A DNA stretch of 64,000 bases from Octopus vulgaris (taxonomy: Eukaryota), in NCBI GenBank assembly GCA_951406725.2, contig OX597833.1:49228001-49292000 (forward strand). The letters run 5' to 3'. The position numbers and the translations under genes were made by a program. Positions 12,507 through 26,294 of the stretch are shown in pieces (within the stretch, counting starts at the first letter, position 1; each line of letters begins with the position of its first letter). Below the pieces are notes generated by a model, which saw only the letters and a program-made list of their open reading frames with translations, did no database searches and was not told the origin of the DNA.

Positions 12507-12748
12507 CAGTGTTTCCCAACCATGTTTTACTTATGGACCCCCTTTATTAATATTTTACTCGGATGGATCCTCTTAGCCATTCGATGTTTAAAAAAGTCAT
12601 TATATATTTTATAATTAAATATCATTAGGAACTCTAGTAAAAAAAAAATTGTTAAAATATTTTATGCGTTGTAGAAGCACATAAATTTTAACAACAAAAT
12701 CTTATATGGACCCTTAAGGGTCATATGGATCCCAGTTAAGAGCCACGG
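12507..12748. mobile_element. hAT-type MITE
   Basis: CAGTGTTTCCCAACC ... GTTAAGAGCCACGG ends; 8-bp flanks GTGTAGAT/GTGTAGGT; subterminal ATGGACCC repeats. Confidence 0.7.
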
Positions 12749-13380
12749 GTGTAGGTAAATGAAATCATTTATCTGATCTTTCGGTAGCCAGGAATATCTT
12801 TCAACAAATAATTCGCCCTGTTTATTTTGGTACAGGACAGAACAGGTTATATCGATCCCAGTACTTGACAGGTACTTGAGCTCAAAAGAATGAAAGGGAA
12901 AGTCGACTTTGAACATATAAAGTAAAGATTTGTAATAAGATGCTGCAGTGCATTTTGTCCGACACACTGAACGCTAATTGTGAACCGTGTTACGCTTATC
13001 TCGAATTGATCTGTCATAACACGGATCGGCGATCACTCAAATATTCTGCTTGGATCGTAAAACGTGACTCCATCTACTATCCGCAATGCTCAGTCCAACT
13101 TGAAACCCCAGGACCAAATATATTTTTCATTTATCGCTGATTCATTTAACACGGTATTTTGTGGCAAACCAAAACCCGTGATAAACAAGGATAGATATAC
13201 TATGATTAGTGGAAGGGCAGATCCGTTAAGCTGTTGCCTAATTTAGTACGTGGGTTGATTCTCATTCGTATGTGAAAGAGTTTGTGTGAGAATTTGTTTA
13301 CACTAAATATTTCTGTGTGTACTTATATTTTTCAAAAAAAAAACTTGTTTTATATATTATGTATTTTCTTTATGGTTATT

Positions 13381-13580
13381 TACTGTGTCATTATTTCTAC
13401 ATAAAAAAAAAATTTAAGTGTTTTCTTTGAACAACTTCCATAATCAAAGCTGTTTAATTTTACATAACTTTACATACCCGCATTTTTGTAAACCCACCTG
13501 TGTTGTTATTAACAATTCATGTAATTGTCTCCTGTATAAATAAAATTGAATACAATTATGACTCTCCCCCAAAACACAAC
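13381..13580. repeat. Unclassified ~200-bp interspersed repeat
   Basis: Inverted copy at 21434-21631. Confidence 0.8.
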
Positions 13581-14129
13581 TGAATAGAATTAGTCTCGGC
13601 GAGTAAATAAATAAAGGACTGTTGTTGTTGTTGGTGTTGATGTTGTTATTATCATTATTGCGAGCTGGCAGAATCGTTAGCGCATTGGAAGAAATGCTTA
13701 GCAGCATTTCGACTGTCGCTACCTTCTGAGTTCAAATTCCGCCGAGATCGACTTTGCCTTTTATCCTTTCGAGGTAGATCAATTAAGTACCAGTGAAACA
13801 CTGCGGTTAATGTAATCAACTGTTCCCCTTTCAGGCCTTGTGCCTATAGTAGAAAGGATTATTATTATTGTTGTTGTTGTTGTTGCTGTTGTTGTTGTTG
13901 TTGTTGCGAGCTGGCAGAATCGTTAGCGCGCAGGACGAAATGCTTAACGGTGTTTCGCCCGTCTTTACGTTCTGGGATCAAATTCCACCGAGGTCGACTT
14001 TGCCTTTCATCCTTTCGTGGTCGATAGATTAAGTACCAGTGAAATACTGGGGTCGATATAATCGACTAGTTCCCATCCCCAAATTTCAAGCCGTGTGCCC
14101 AACAGTAGAAAGGATTATTATTATTATCT

Positions 14130-14870
14130 ATTGTCTTTGCTCAGCTTCTGAGGCTGGAGATGTACTACGGTGCCAGCTGTTCACTACCAGTGAACTAAAG
14201 TAACATCCCTTATTCGAGCACTACTCGGAGTATTCGAGCGGTTCCAAGCAGTGCTGTTTTCTGCAAGTGCTCCGCCCTTATCGCAGCCCCTATTTGTTCC
14301 ATGTACTTCTCAAGATTTTTACTCACTGTTCCCAGGCCTCCGACAATTATTGGTACTGTTCCCACCTTTTTGAGCGACCACAGTTGCTTAACCTCCCAAG
14401 CTAACCTGTCATATCTATCAACTTTTCTTTCTTCCTTATCTCATACCTTGCTGTCAGCTGGGCATGCTATATCCATGATCCAGCATCGTTTGTTTTCTTT
14501 CTCAATTAACACTATGAGTGGCTTCCTTTTCTCTATCTCATGGTCGCACTGAATCATAAAATCCCATAGGATCTTTGCATTATCATTTTCGATGATGCCT
14601 TCGGGTTTATGCTCGTACCACCTTTTTTGCTCTGTCAAGTCCATACTTGTTGCAAAGTGTCCGATGGACAATCCTTGCTATATTGTCATGACGTCTCATA
14701 TTCTTTCTGGCATAGTGGCGTACATTGACTTGTAATATGTGTAACGGTTTCACCATTTTGTCCACAAATTCTGCACTTATCACCTTCTGATGTGTTGTCT
14801 ATTTGTATTTGATGTAATTGGTTCTTAGTGCTTTCTCTTCCGGCAAATTATAAGCTTCGGTACTTGGATA
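14130..14870 (-). mobile_element. R4/Dong-like RLE non-LTR retrotransposon, 3' fragment
   Basis: CRICGQNGETVTHITSQC (CCHC); KILWDFMIQCDHEIEKRKPLIVLIEK..DIACP; KTALLGTARILRVVLE*; tail adjoins (TAA)n. Confidence 0.85.
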
Positions 14871-14962
14871 TTAACTTATAGTGGAAAACATTAACTAACA
14901 TTCAACTAGTGGAAAACATTCAAGCACCAATCTCAAAATCCTAGTTGTCTCCAATAGAGTAG

Positions 14963-15058
<96 letters not shown>

Positions 15059-15059
<1 letters not shown>

Positions 15060-15619
15060 GAGTGAGAGAACAGTGCATGCCATCAAAGTGTGACACTGGG
15101 GTAAAATATACGAAGCCTAGTATACCCATCATGAATACCCGTCTGATAAGGATAAACTAGGTACATGCATCACAACCATATGTGCGCGACATGGTGATCT
15201 CATATCAAGATAAACAGCACATGACCTTGCAGGTGGGGGCCCAGTTAGAATTTTCTTCTGGTCGAGTAGCCCATCCCGCTCAAAAGGTCCCTGAATAAGG
15301 TTTGTTTAAGGATGTTGGACGAAACACCCATGTTTCCAGAGGTGAATTATTTAAACCCCAAAGAATCCCTCTCAACACACGGCTATGATGCTCCCCCACT
15401 ACTTCTGCTCGTGATCAGAGATGCACATATCGTCAGCCACTAAGGGACATGCTCAACTGGTTAAGGTCAAACAACTGACAAGCAAATCAGTGGTATTGAG
15501 CAGAATATTTCCTGTAGCCCATCTTTTATACCAAGACAAAACATGGTACATGATAACACTTCCAATCAGTTAAGATCAGAAGCCACGAGAGCCATTAGCT
15601 GGTACTGCATCAGGGCATT
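15059..15619 (+). mobile_element. ~550-bp element embedded in (TTA)n, second copy
   Basis: Homologous to 8047-8592. Confidence 0.8.
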
Positions 15620-17009
15620 TATTATAATTATTATTTGTTGGTGGATTGACAAACTCGTTACAGCATCAGAAGAAATGAGTTGCAGTTTTTATTCTGTTTT
15701 TATTTTTTTTATTTTACGTTTTGAATTCAAACCCCGTTGTCGTCGACTTCGTCTTTCATTCTGTTGGTGTTGATAAAATAAAGTTTCAGTCAAGTACTTG
15801 GGTTCATTGGATGACACCAATTTGATAGTTGCAGTAGAGGGCAGAAGGTGAAGACGTCACATTTGGGGTGCAATCAAACACTTCAAGGCTTTCGGACACA
15901 GTAGAAGGTAAATGAAAAAAGAAACCCGTTGTAGCCTTGGCTGATGATACGCAGTCATGCATTGAGGCTCCAGCATTTTCTCGAAAGCAGACAGGTGTGG
16001 CTGTCATTTTCAGTATACCCCTCACTCTTTCGTTTTGTTTTTGAAGTCCTACTCACCAGCCATCTCATTTCTTCTTCTTTTTCTTTATTTCTGAATAATT
16101 ATTCTTCTGGTAGCATTGCATTCCTGAAATCATTTATGCGAATTGTCTCGGAAATGAGACCTCGTCTTCGAAGCTACAGACGGCAAGCGCAGAGTAGAAG
16201 CAACACTTAAGTCCAGGAAGACAAACCTTTCTAGGGCAGATACTACGCCAAAATCCCCTGGCACTTTTTTCTTCTTAGTGCTATTGAAAATGGGTAGAGC
16301 TAACATGCTACCCAACAACACTTCATGTATTTAGCGTATCTTTAGATAAGTTTATTCAACTGGAAGTATTCGGACCAGGCCAACGTTTTGAAGAGAATAT
16401 GATATTTTATTTCAATAAGAATATTGTATTGCTTGATAACTGGAGCCTGTACGCAGTTACTCGACTCGCTGTTGTTGTTGTTGTTGTTGTTAAGAAACAA
16501 GACGGATAAGGGTGATTTGGTGATGGTCTAGGGCTTAGGTGCGGGAGACCCCAGACCTTGGAGAAAAAAAACTTTGGTCGTCTTGTTGTAGTCGAGGGCT
16601 CTTCGTTGACGCCCGACACCACTGCGAAGTGACCCTCGAAGTTGCTGAAAATGGAGATCTCAAGGTCCAAATTCTTGGACGGCCTCGACTCGCTAGAAAC
16701 AGCAGATAAATCTCATTTAAAACGTACCCTACCGTCTTAAAAGGGAAGAAGAAATGTGGATCGATACATTTTTATCCTGGATACTTTAAACAGAAAAAAA
16801 AAACCAGGATGATCTCAGGTCAGACTCTTTTGATGATTATCAGATCGATCAGGACTACTTGATTTTAGGGTGAACAACAAGAACATAGGACTCACAGAAC
16901 ATTGATACAAATCTTCAAGCGTACATACATACATACATACATGCATACATACATACATACATTCATACATACATACATACATACATGCATACATACATAC
17001 ACACAAAGT

Positions 17010-17350
17010 CGTAAGACGCTCCTGTCCTTGTACTGTCCACCATTCGTGTTTTTTATTTCTGTTTTTTATTTCTATTTTTGTTTCTTGTATTTATATTCGT
17101 GTGGCATCATGTCTTTGTTCCGTATACATTCGACCCTCTTTCCAAGAAATCCAATGCCTGTGGCTTCGGTTTTCCTTGGGGCTGGCCGGGTCGGAGTAAT
17201 ATCGAGATTAAACAGCCGAAATTACTAAGATGATCCAGTTCCCGACTGAAGATTAGAGGCTTCGAGTGACCCGTCTGTTTTTTTGTGTCGTCTCCTTGTG
17301 TGTTTTTGCGTTCTTGTCCCACTTTGTAATTTATATTTTATATTTAATTT
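17010..17350 (+). repeat. Unclassified microsatellite-embedded repeat
   Basis: GGGGCTGGCC...CAGCCGAAATT...GACTGAAGA..TTCGA.TGACCCGTC shared with 36185-36380. Confidence 0.7.
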
Positions 17351-17354
17351 CTAT

Positions 17355-17665
<311 letters not shown>

Positions 17666-17769
17666 ACACATGTATTGGAATTTTTTCTGATTTTTCAGAT
17701 TTTTCTATATGCTAGGCTACTGGTTGTAAATTGATATTAATTAAATTAATATTCAATTTATCATCCTCG

Positions 17770-17810
<41 letters not shown>

Positions 17811-17812
<2 letters not shown>

Positions 17813-18660
17813 TTATTATTATGGATGCCTCCTCGTTATCGAGTATGGCCATTGCACGAAGCTTAACTGTTATTGATGCTGTGATCGAATGTGACTTTTT
17901 AGCCCAGCTAAAGATCTACAATGTCTTGTACAGAATTGGCAACTAAAACCTTACACCGGTAATAGCTGGCTGTTGTTGTAACTGGGCTTCATGTACCTTT
18001 GCATGTCGTTCAAGTCCTCCTGCCGAATCACACTCTTTTCCATATGCCCGACAGATATGATTAGTATGGTGTGTTACACCACCACCAGTGGCCAGGTTGT
18101 CACTTATCTGTCTCGCTTTATGACTACGAAGATGACTCTTGAGTCCAGCTTTACATATCACATATCGATACCACCTTAAACAACTGGAACGTTTCCATCA
18201 GATGTGTCTCAGACGGATCTATGGCATTAAGTGGAAGGACCGCATCAGTGATCTTAAACTATTGGAAGGCTCTCGGTGTGAAAGTATAGAAGCTCTTGTG
18301 TTAAAGCAAAGGCTCAGATGGAGTGGTCATTTGGTCAGGATGAAGGATTCAAGGATGCCAAAGCAACTCTTTTATGGAGAGTTAGCTAAAGGAGAACGAC
18401 CTCCACATAAATCATAAAAGAGGTATAAGGACTTGCTGAAGGCTTCCTTAAGAGATGCTTGCATTTCTCCTGACACATGGGAAGGCATAGCTATTGATCG
18501 TAGCAGGTGGAGAAGGATTGTGCACGAGGGGACAGCTACATTTAAGAAATTAAGATAGTAAGAAGGGATGTCAGGAAGGGCATCGCTGTTACACTTCCAG
18601 ATGGGAAGGGTCTTCCAATGATGCTGACATGCAATGTCTGTGCAAGACCCTGCCTCTGTA
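17811..18660 (-). mobile_element. RTE-clade LINE with 5' inversion
   Basis: 18160-18660(+) encodes LERFHQMCLRRI..QRLRWSGHLVRM..RMPKQLFYGEL..CNVCARPCL; 17811-18155(-) continues CKAGLKSHLRSH, a further C2H2 finger, the 3' UTR and a TAA tail. Confidence 0.85.
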
Positions 18661-18728
18661 TATACATATATACATACATACATACATACATACATACATA
18701 CATACATACATACATACATACATACATG

Positions 18729-18796
<68 letters not shown>

Positions 18797-19748
18797 CTAG
18801 CAGTATCGCCCGGCGTTGCTCGGGTTTGTAAGGGAAAAAACTATAAAGCATTATTGGAGAGTTATAGCCAAAAAATAGCAAAAAATGCATTAAAAATGGA
18901 TTAAAAATATGATGGTAAATTTTTTTTAAAATCGTTGACTCATCGTAGACATTTTTAGAGAGTTACTTCCCTTTAAAAAATATGCATTAAAATGGAAAAA
19001 ATGATGGTAAATTATTTTTAAAATCGTAGACTCATCGTAGACGCGCGCTAATACCCAGAAGGGCTCGATATGAATCACGACTATAAGATACCCGGTTTTG
19101 GTTAAACTGCACCGCAAAATGTGGGAGTAGTTAGGAATCTAAATCGGAGTAGACAGCCACACAACCTTACTTTTATATATAAAGACTAGCAGTATCGCCC
19201 GACGTTGCTCGGGTTTGTAAGGAAAATAACTATATAAGCATTTTTAGAGAGTTATAGCCAAAAAATAGCAAAAAAATGTATTAAAAATGGAAAAAAAATT
19301 ATGGTAAATTTTTTTTTAAATCGTTGACTCATCGTAGACATTTTCTGTTTTGGTGTCTTCAAGCCATGAAGTCGTTGTTCTAAAAGAACGCTGGTCTCCT
19401 TGACAACGCTCTACGACGTTGATTTCCTTACACTCCCTTCCCCACAGCTTCACGAGGGAGGGAAGAAGGGGGAGAAGCAAACAGGTGCAGGTGTGACCAT
19501 GGACGCCAACTCCGCCGCCATCGACACACGAAAAATTATGCATTAAAATGGAATAAAAAATGATGTTAAATTATTTTTAAAATCGTAGACTCATCGTAGA
19601 CGCGCGCTAATACTCAGACGGGCTCGATATGAATCACGACTATAAGATACCCGGCTTTGGTTAAACTGCACCGCAAAATGTGGGAGGAGTTAGGAATCTA
19701 AATCGAAGGGGACAGACACTCACACAACTACAGTTTTATATATATAGA
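18797..19748 (-). mobile_element. Tandem head-to-tail non-autonomous Helitrons (18797-19185 and 19186-19748)
   Basis: Minus strand 5'-TC(T/TT)ATATATA..., 3' hairpin CCCGAGCAACGCCGGG then CTAG; A|T insertion context. Confidence 0.85.
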
Positions 19749-20347
19749 TATATATTTACACACATGCACACGTAGATCAAGAGATAAAAGAAAAGGTCAC
19801 GAGTATTAGATTGGCAATTACTAGATAATTCAGCGGCGTTTCATTATGAATCGATGTCCTGTAATCTTTTGTCTTATGAATTAATTCTTTCTCACGACCT
19901 TTAAGACTCCCCGATACATGGTAAATGTCAAGTAATGTCAAATACCACGTGACTGTCTGAAAGTGCGTCGGTGCAACAATTCAAAGTATGTAACTGTCAT
20001 GTGTAATTTTTTTTTCTTTCTGAAATTCACCGGTGAATATAGTCGGTTAAAAAATGCCGATTCAGCTAAATCTTAGTTCCGGCATGTGTAATCCTGGTCG
20101 AGATTCATGACTAATCCACATGATATTTAATTAACTGATAATTAATTAACTGATTACAACAATTTCTGTAACTATATATTTGTTTGCCGTGTCAAGATAG
20201 CCTTAACCGGTCTCCTCAGGCTCTTTTAAAAACAGCTGTTCTTAACTTCAGCAGTTGTACCTCATTCGTTTGGAAGTGTTGTGTATTCACAAGCGGAATG
20301 CTGGGTAGTTAGAACGGCATGCTGGGTATTTAGCGGTGTCATGATTT

Positions 20348-20754
20348 TACTCTTTTACTCTTTTACTCTTTTATTTGTTTCAGTCATTTGACTGCGGCCA
20401 TGCTGGAGCACCGCCTTTTTAGTCGAGCAAATCGACCCCGGGACTTATTATTTGGAAGCCCAGTACTTATTCTATCGGTCTCTTTCGCCGAACCGCTAAG
20501 TGATGGGGACGTAAACACACCAGCATCAGTTGTGAAATGATGTTGGGGGGACAAACACAGACACACAAACATACACGCACATACACATATATACATATAT
20601 ACGACGGGCTTCTTTCAGTTTCCGTCTACCAAATCCACTCACAAGGCATTGGTCGGCCCGAGGCTATAGTAGAAGACACTTGCCCAAGATGCCACGCAGT
20701 GGGACTGAACCCGGAACCATGTGGTTGGTTAGCAAGCTACTTACCACACAGCCA
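20348..20754 (-). mobile_element. SINE family B (tRNA head, CORE-like TTGGGCAAGT)
   Basis: Other copies at 31363-31500, 35915-36645(-), 45667-46037(-), 52282-52705, 54495-54892, 60277-60702(-), 62534-62968, 63103-63507(-). Confidence 0.85.
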
Positions 20755-20857
20755 ATTATAAATAAAATATTTAAACCAGGTTCTTATATTTAAGACACAT
20801 TTTTTGGATTAAAACAGTGGTTTTAATCCCTTTGATTACCACTTTATTCAGGTGGAG

Positions 20858-21430
20858 GATCTTTACCTTTTGACCTACAGATTTAAGAAATAATTTTTGT
20901 AATTAAACACTTTCAAATTTCGGACACTGGTAGAATATGTCATATAAAACATGCTTTACTCATAGCATTTTTGAGGAAAACTTATATTTACGAAGTTATT
21001 TCACCTGAAAGTTCTCGTATTTCGGTAATTTCAACCAATCAATGATGTGTATTCAGCTGAATAAAATTACTGCTGTTGTTTGTCAACAAGAACTTCCGGC
21101 GGTGTATATTTCGTTTGTCATTGTTATTTATGACAACCCTAAAACCCTAACCCTGATCCTAACCATAACCCTAACCCTAAAGCCCTAACCCTTACCCGAA
21201 AGCCCTAACCCTAACCCTACAACCTTAAAACTAGTACAAACACACGAACGATGTCATAAATAACAGTGACAAACAGAAAATACACCACTGATAGTTGTTG
21301 TTGACAAACAACGGCAGTAATTTTATTCAGCTGAATACACGTCACTGATTGGTGGAAATTACCGAAATAGGACTACTTTAACGTGAAATAACTTCTTAAA
21401 TATAAGTTTTTCTCAAAAATGCTTACAATA
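20858..21430. mobile_element. Fold-back DNA element with central degenerate (CCCTAA)n array
   Basis: Arms ~20964-21135 and ~21252-21423 are inverted; GGATCTTT start; related to the 676-1109 family. Confidence 0.8.
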
Positions 21431-22027
21431 AAAGTTGTGTTAGGGGAGAGTCATAATTCTATTCAATTTTATTTATACAGGAGACAATTACATGAATTGT
21501 TAATAACAACACAGGTGGGTTTACAAACATGCGGGTATATAAAGTTATGAAAAATTAAACAGCTTTGATGATTATGGAAGTTGTTCAAAGTAAACACTTT
21601 AAAAATGTTTTATGTAGAAATAATGACACAGAGGGGACAAACAAGGACAGACGAACGGATTAAGTCGATTACATCGACCCTAGTTCGTAACTGGTACTTA
21701 TTTAATCGACCCCCAAAGGATGAAAGGCAAAGTCGACCTCGGCGGAATTTGAACTGAGAACGTAGCGTCAGACGAAATACTGCTCGGTATTTCGCATTTC
21801 GCTCGGCGCACTAAAGGTTCTGCCAGCTCGAATAGTAAAAAAAAAAACTGCATGAAGGAGATAATTTCGCGAATTCGCTGTGCTCGGTTGAGACCCAACA
21901 AAGGACCAGCAGAGAGCAAGATGGCACCAATTACATCTATGCTGCACCAATTGCCTCAATGCTGTGTATGTATATGTATGTCTAACTGAGATAGAATATG
22001 ATGTTATACGTGTATTGTCCCACTTAC

Positions 22028-22084
22028 ATAAAGAAGTTACGTGACATCAATCCTCGCAGACTGTGGAAGAATAGGCGATGCGTC
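22028..22084 (-). CDS. Candidate 57-nt symmetric internal exon (xTHRLFFHSLRGLMSRNFFx)
   Basis: Minus strand: GTGTGTAG acceptor, GTAAGTG donor, length divisible by 3, only one open frame; no partner exon identified. Confidence 0.35.
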
Positions 22085-22191
22085 CTACACACATACGCAC
22101 ACGCACGCACGCATACATACATACGTTCATGTATACATTCATGCATACACACACACAAGCGCGCACACACACACACATATATACACGTGTG

Positions 22192-22230
<39 letters not shown>

Positions 22231-22764
22231 CTCTCTTTCTATGTCTCTATCTCTCTTTCTCTTTCTCTTTCCCTCCTTCCTCTCTCTCTCTCTATATGTA
22301 TGTATGTATGCATGTATACATATATATACATACGTACATATAAATACATACACACACACGCACAGACACACACACAATTATACATTCATACACATAGTTA
22401 CGTACACACATGCACACAAAACATATATTTATATATATGTTCAAATACATACATACATACATACATACATACACATGTACATTTGCTTACAAATGGACAA
22501 AGTAAAGCAGATATGTAATGTTTATATAAAAGTGTTCACGTTTATTTGTACACGTGATACAAAAGTGACACAAAACGGCTCAGATTTGAACACAAAGCTC
22601 TTAGTAGGCACGCACGCACACCCACCTCTGATACATTTTATATACAAATACAGAAATACGATAATAATTTTCTTTGTCAGAATTCTATGCAGACAAAACA
22701 AATAAGTTTGGCCATAATAGTAGGTTTTGGCAGTTCTTACCGGAATCATAATTTTCAAGATTTA

Positions 22765-23069
22765 TCTTTATATATAAAATTGAAGTTGTGTGTGTGAGAC
22801 TCTGTCTCCTCCGATTTAGATTCCTAACTACTCCCTCATTTTGCGGTGCAGTTTAACCAAAAGCGGGTATCTTATAGTCGTCATTCATATCGAGCCCTTC
22901 TGGGTATTAGCGTGCGTCTACGATGAGTCTACGATTCAAAAAAAAATTACCATCATTTTTCCGCATTTTTAATGATTTTTGCTCGGTTTATATAAGGGAA
23001 GTAACTCTCTAAAATGCTTATATAGTTATTTCCCGTACAAACCCGAGCAACGCCGGGCGATACTGCTAG
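22765..23069 (+). mobile_element. Non-autonomous Helitron
   Basis: A|TCTTTATATATAAAA...CCCGAGCAACGCCGGGCGATACTGCTAG|T. Confidence 0.9.
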
Positions 23070-23899
23070 TTATATATATATAAGAAAAAACCCACAATAG
23101 TCTATTATGTATTTTTTTCGTTCTTTTTTCAAATACTGCTTAGATTCGCTCTGTCTTTCTCCTGCAATTTTGATACCACCATTTTCACCAAAGTCACTTC
23201 CACTTTCACATTTTCTTGTTATCACTTTACCCAACGCTTCTATTCCAGAGATAAATTTACCTGAAAGTATTTCACTGCACAGAATCGATCACATTGATCT
23301 CAATAGTTTGAGATGGCGACCGGCAGACAAAATGTTGCCAGGTAACACTCCTCGCTATCTCTTCGTCTGGCTATATCAATAAGGCGGCGTTGGCAGACTC
23401 GTTAGCGCGCCGGGCGAAATGCTTAGCGGTATTTCGTCTGTCGTTACGTTCTGAGTTCAAATTCCGCCGAGGTCGACTTTACCTTTCATCCTTTCGGGGT
23501 CGATAAATAAAGTACCAGTTTCGCACTGGGGTCGATGTAATCGACTTAATCCCTTTGTCTGTCCTTGTTTGTCCCTCTGTGTTTAGCCCCTTGTGGGTAA
23601 TAAAGAAATAGAAATAGGTATTTCGTCTGTCGTTACGTTCTGAGTTCAAATTCCGCCGAGGTCGACTTTACCTTTCAGCCTTTCGGGGTCGATAAATAAA
23701 GTACCAGTTTCGCACTGGGGTCGATGTAATCGACTTAATCCCTTTGTCTGTCCTTGTTTGTCCCCTCTATGTTTAGCCCCTTGTGGGCAATAAAGAAATA
23801 TATATCAATAACGATTTCTTATATTGGTAAAATACGCCGATTTTGTGTTGTGTGCATGAGTGTGTGTGTATATAAATGTAAATGTGTATGCATGTGTGT

Positions 23900-23930
<31 letters not shown>

Positions 23931-24099
23931 ACTACCGTCATCAATAACCACCTCCAATAAATACGTAAATATAATGAAAAAAAAAAAAAAGAAAAAATCA
24001 GTCAGTATTTCTTGTCTAACAGCTTACGTTGATCCGAATTAGCCAAACGTAATCTGTTTCACTACTGTTGGCATAAATCGCACACATCTTGGTCTACGC

Positions 24100-24149
<50 letters not shown>

Positions 24150-24192
24150 CATACACACACGCACGCACACACACACACACATACACACACAC

Positions 24193-24232
<40 letters not shown>

Positions 24233-24260
24233 GCACACACATACGCACGCACACACACAT

Positions 24261-24316
<56 letters not shown>

Positions 24317-24433
24317 GCACACACACATACGCACGCACACACACATACACACACACACTCATACACACACATACACACACACACTCATACACACAAACAC
24401 ACACACACACACACACACATACACACACACACA
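24100..24433. repeat. (CA)n compound microsatellite
   Basis: Direct reading; similar tracts at 9057-9124, 22087-22480, 31495-31690, 34770-35420, 41785-42330, 52937-53065. Confidence 0.95.
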
Positions 24434-25540
24434 GAATTTTCTGTTGGATTGGATTGAATCGACTATAAAATTCTAAATCAACACAGAAAAGAATCTAATT
24501 CTATCGTGCAATAGTTTTAAATCCACCACGAATTAAGATGCTTATCGATGTGCTAATTCTACATACAAATATACTTATTCAGCACATTGTGCAAATAACT
24601 CAATTTATGGCGTAATATTTAATCGATGCGGAGGCGCGATGGCCCAGTAGTTAGCGCAGCAGACTCGCGGTCGTAGGATCGCGGTTTCGATTCCCAGACT
24701 GGGCGTTGTGAGTGTTTATTGAGCGAAAACACCTAAAACTCCACGAGGCTCCGGCAGGGGGGAGGGGTGGCGAACCCCGCTGTATTCTTTCACCACAACT
24801 TTCTCTCACTCTTTCTTCCTGCTTCTATTGTACCTGTATTTCAAAGTGCCAAGGACTCCAAATTTCATAGTGCCAAGGACTCCAAATCTGTTGTATTTCA
24901 TATATAATGAGAGTGTTACTGAAATATGAAATTAATGACTGTTGACTATAAATATGTATATTCTAAGTGTGGAGGCGCAATGGCCCAGTGGTTAGGGCAG
25001 CGGACTCACGGTTAAAGGATTCCGAGATCGGGTGTTGTGAGTGTTTATTGAGCGAAAACACCTAAAACTCCACGAGGCTCCGGCAGGGGGTGGTGGTGGC
25101 GAACCCTGCTGTACTCTTTCACCACAACTTTCTCTCACTCTTTCTTCCTGTTTCTGTTGTACCTATATTTCGAAGGGCCAGCCTTGTCACACTTTGTGTT
25201 ACGCTGACCCCCCCCCCCCCCTCGAGAACTACGTTAAGGGTACACGTATCTGTGGAGTGCCCAGCCACTTGCACGTTAATTTCACGAGCAGGCTGTTCCG
25301 TTGATTCGGATCAACTGGAACCCAGGTCGTCGCAACCGACGGAGTGCCACAATTTAATCGATAAACTAATAAGTTGTTCGTATGAAATTTATCACAATTC
25401 ATTTGATGAATAATTAATAGAATTTCTGAACGACTCTCGAGATGCCTGCTCAAATTTTTGCGGATGCTTGTATGAGCGAGTGTACTCGCGTCATGCAGCT
25501 TACCCGAGGGCGTTTATACATTCATATCTGTTAACGGTTA

Positions 25541-25928
25541 TCTTTATATATAAAAATGAAGTTGTGTGTCTGTCTCCTACGATTTAGATTCCTAACTACT
25601 CCCACATTTTGCGGTGCAGTTTAACCAAAACTGGGTATCTTATAGTCGTGATTCATATCGAGCCCTTCTGGGTATTAGCGCGCGTCTACGATGAGTCTAC
25701 GATTTTTAAAAAATTACCATCATTTTTTTCCATTTTAATGCATTTTTTCGCTAAGGGAAGTAACTCTCTAAAAATGTCTACGATGAGTCAACGATTTAAA
25801 AAAAAATTTACCATCATTTTTTTCCATTTTTAATGCATTTTTTTGCTATTTTTTGGTTATAACTCTCTAAAAATGCTTATATAGTTATTTCCCTTACAAA
25901 CCCGAGCAACGCCGGGCGATACTGCTAG
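25541..25928 (+). mobile_element. Non-autonomous Helitron
   Basis: A|TC ... hairpin ... CTAG|T; same family as 22765-23069. Confidence 0.9.
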
Positions 25929-26195
25929 TTTTTAATACATTTCTCGCTGGATTGCGTGTTCGTTTCTCTTTTTGTCATCTGCGTTTTTATTTTTGATCTT
26001 CTATATAAATGAAGATATTTTCTCCGTCTGGCTGTTTTTCTCTCTACAAAACAGAAAGTTACATTGCGGAACAGTCATTTTAATGAGTTGTATTTATTTA
26101 TTATCCGACGAGATACATCTGCACCACCGGATGCTCCTGAACTAGTTGTTGAGTTTCCCACCCAAAAGGAATCGATGCTAGATATCTCGAAACAT

Positions 26196-26263
<68 letters not shown>

Positions 26264-26294
26264 AAAGTGAACGTACGCCGCTATATATATATAT

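Noticed and set aside
15804-16400. Coding-looking minus-strand stretch
   Set aside because: Stops and frame changes, no recognisable family or splice structure; possibly an old relic
17200-17280. Type II hammerhead from GCCGAAA...CTGAAGA (also 36220-36275)
   Set aside because: Stems I-III could not be paired convincingly
21998-22705. Long ORFs rich in HT/YI/CV/LS dipeptides (also 24039-24457, 31171-31843, 34547-35261, 41634-42499)
   Set aside because: Translations of dinucleotide and tetranucleotide microsatellites
24970-25045. tRNA-like heads of SINE families B and C as tRNA genes
   Set aside because: No complete cloverleaf; they continue into SINE bodies
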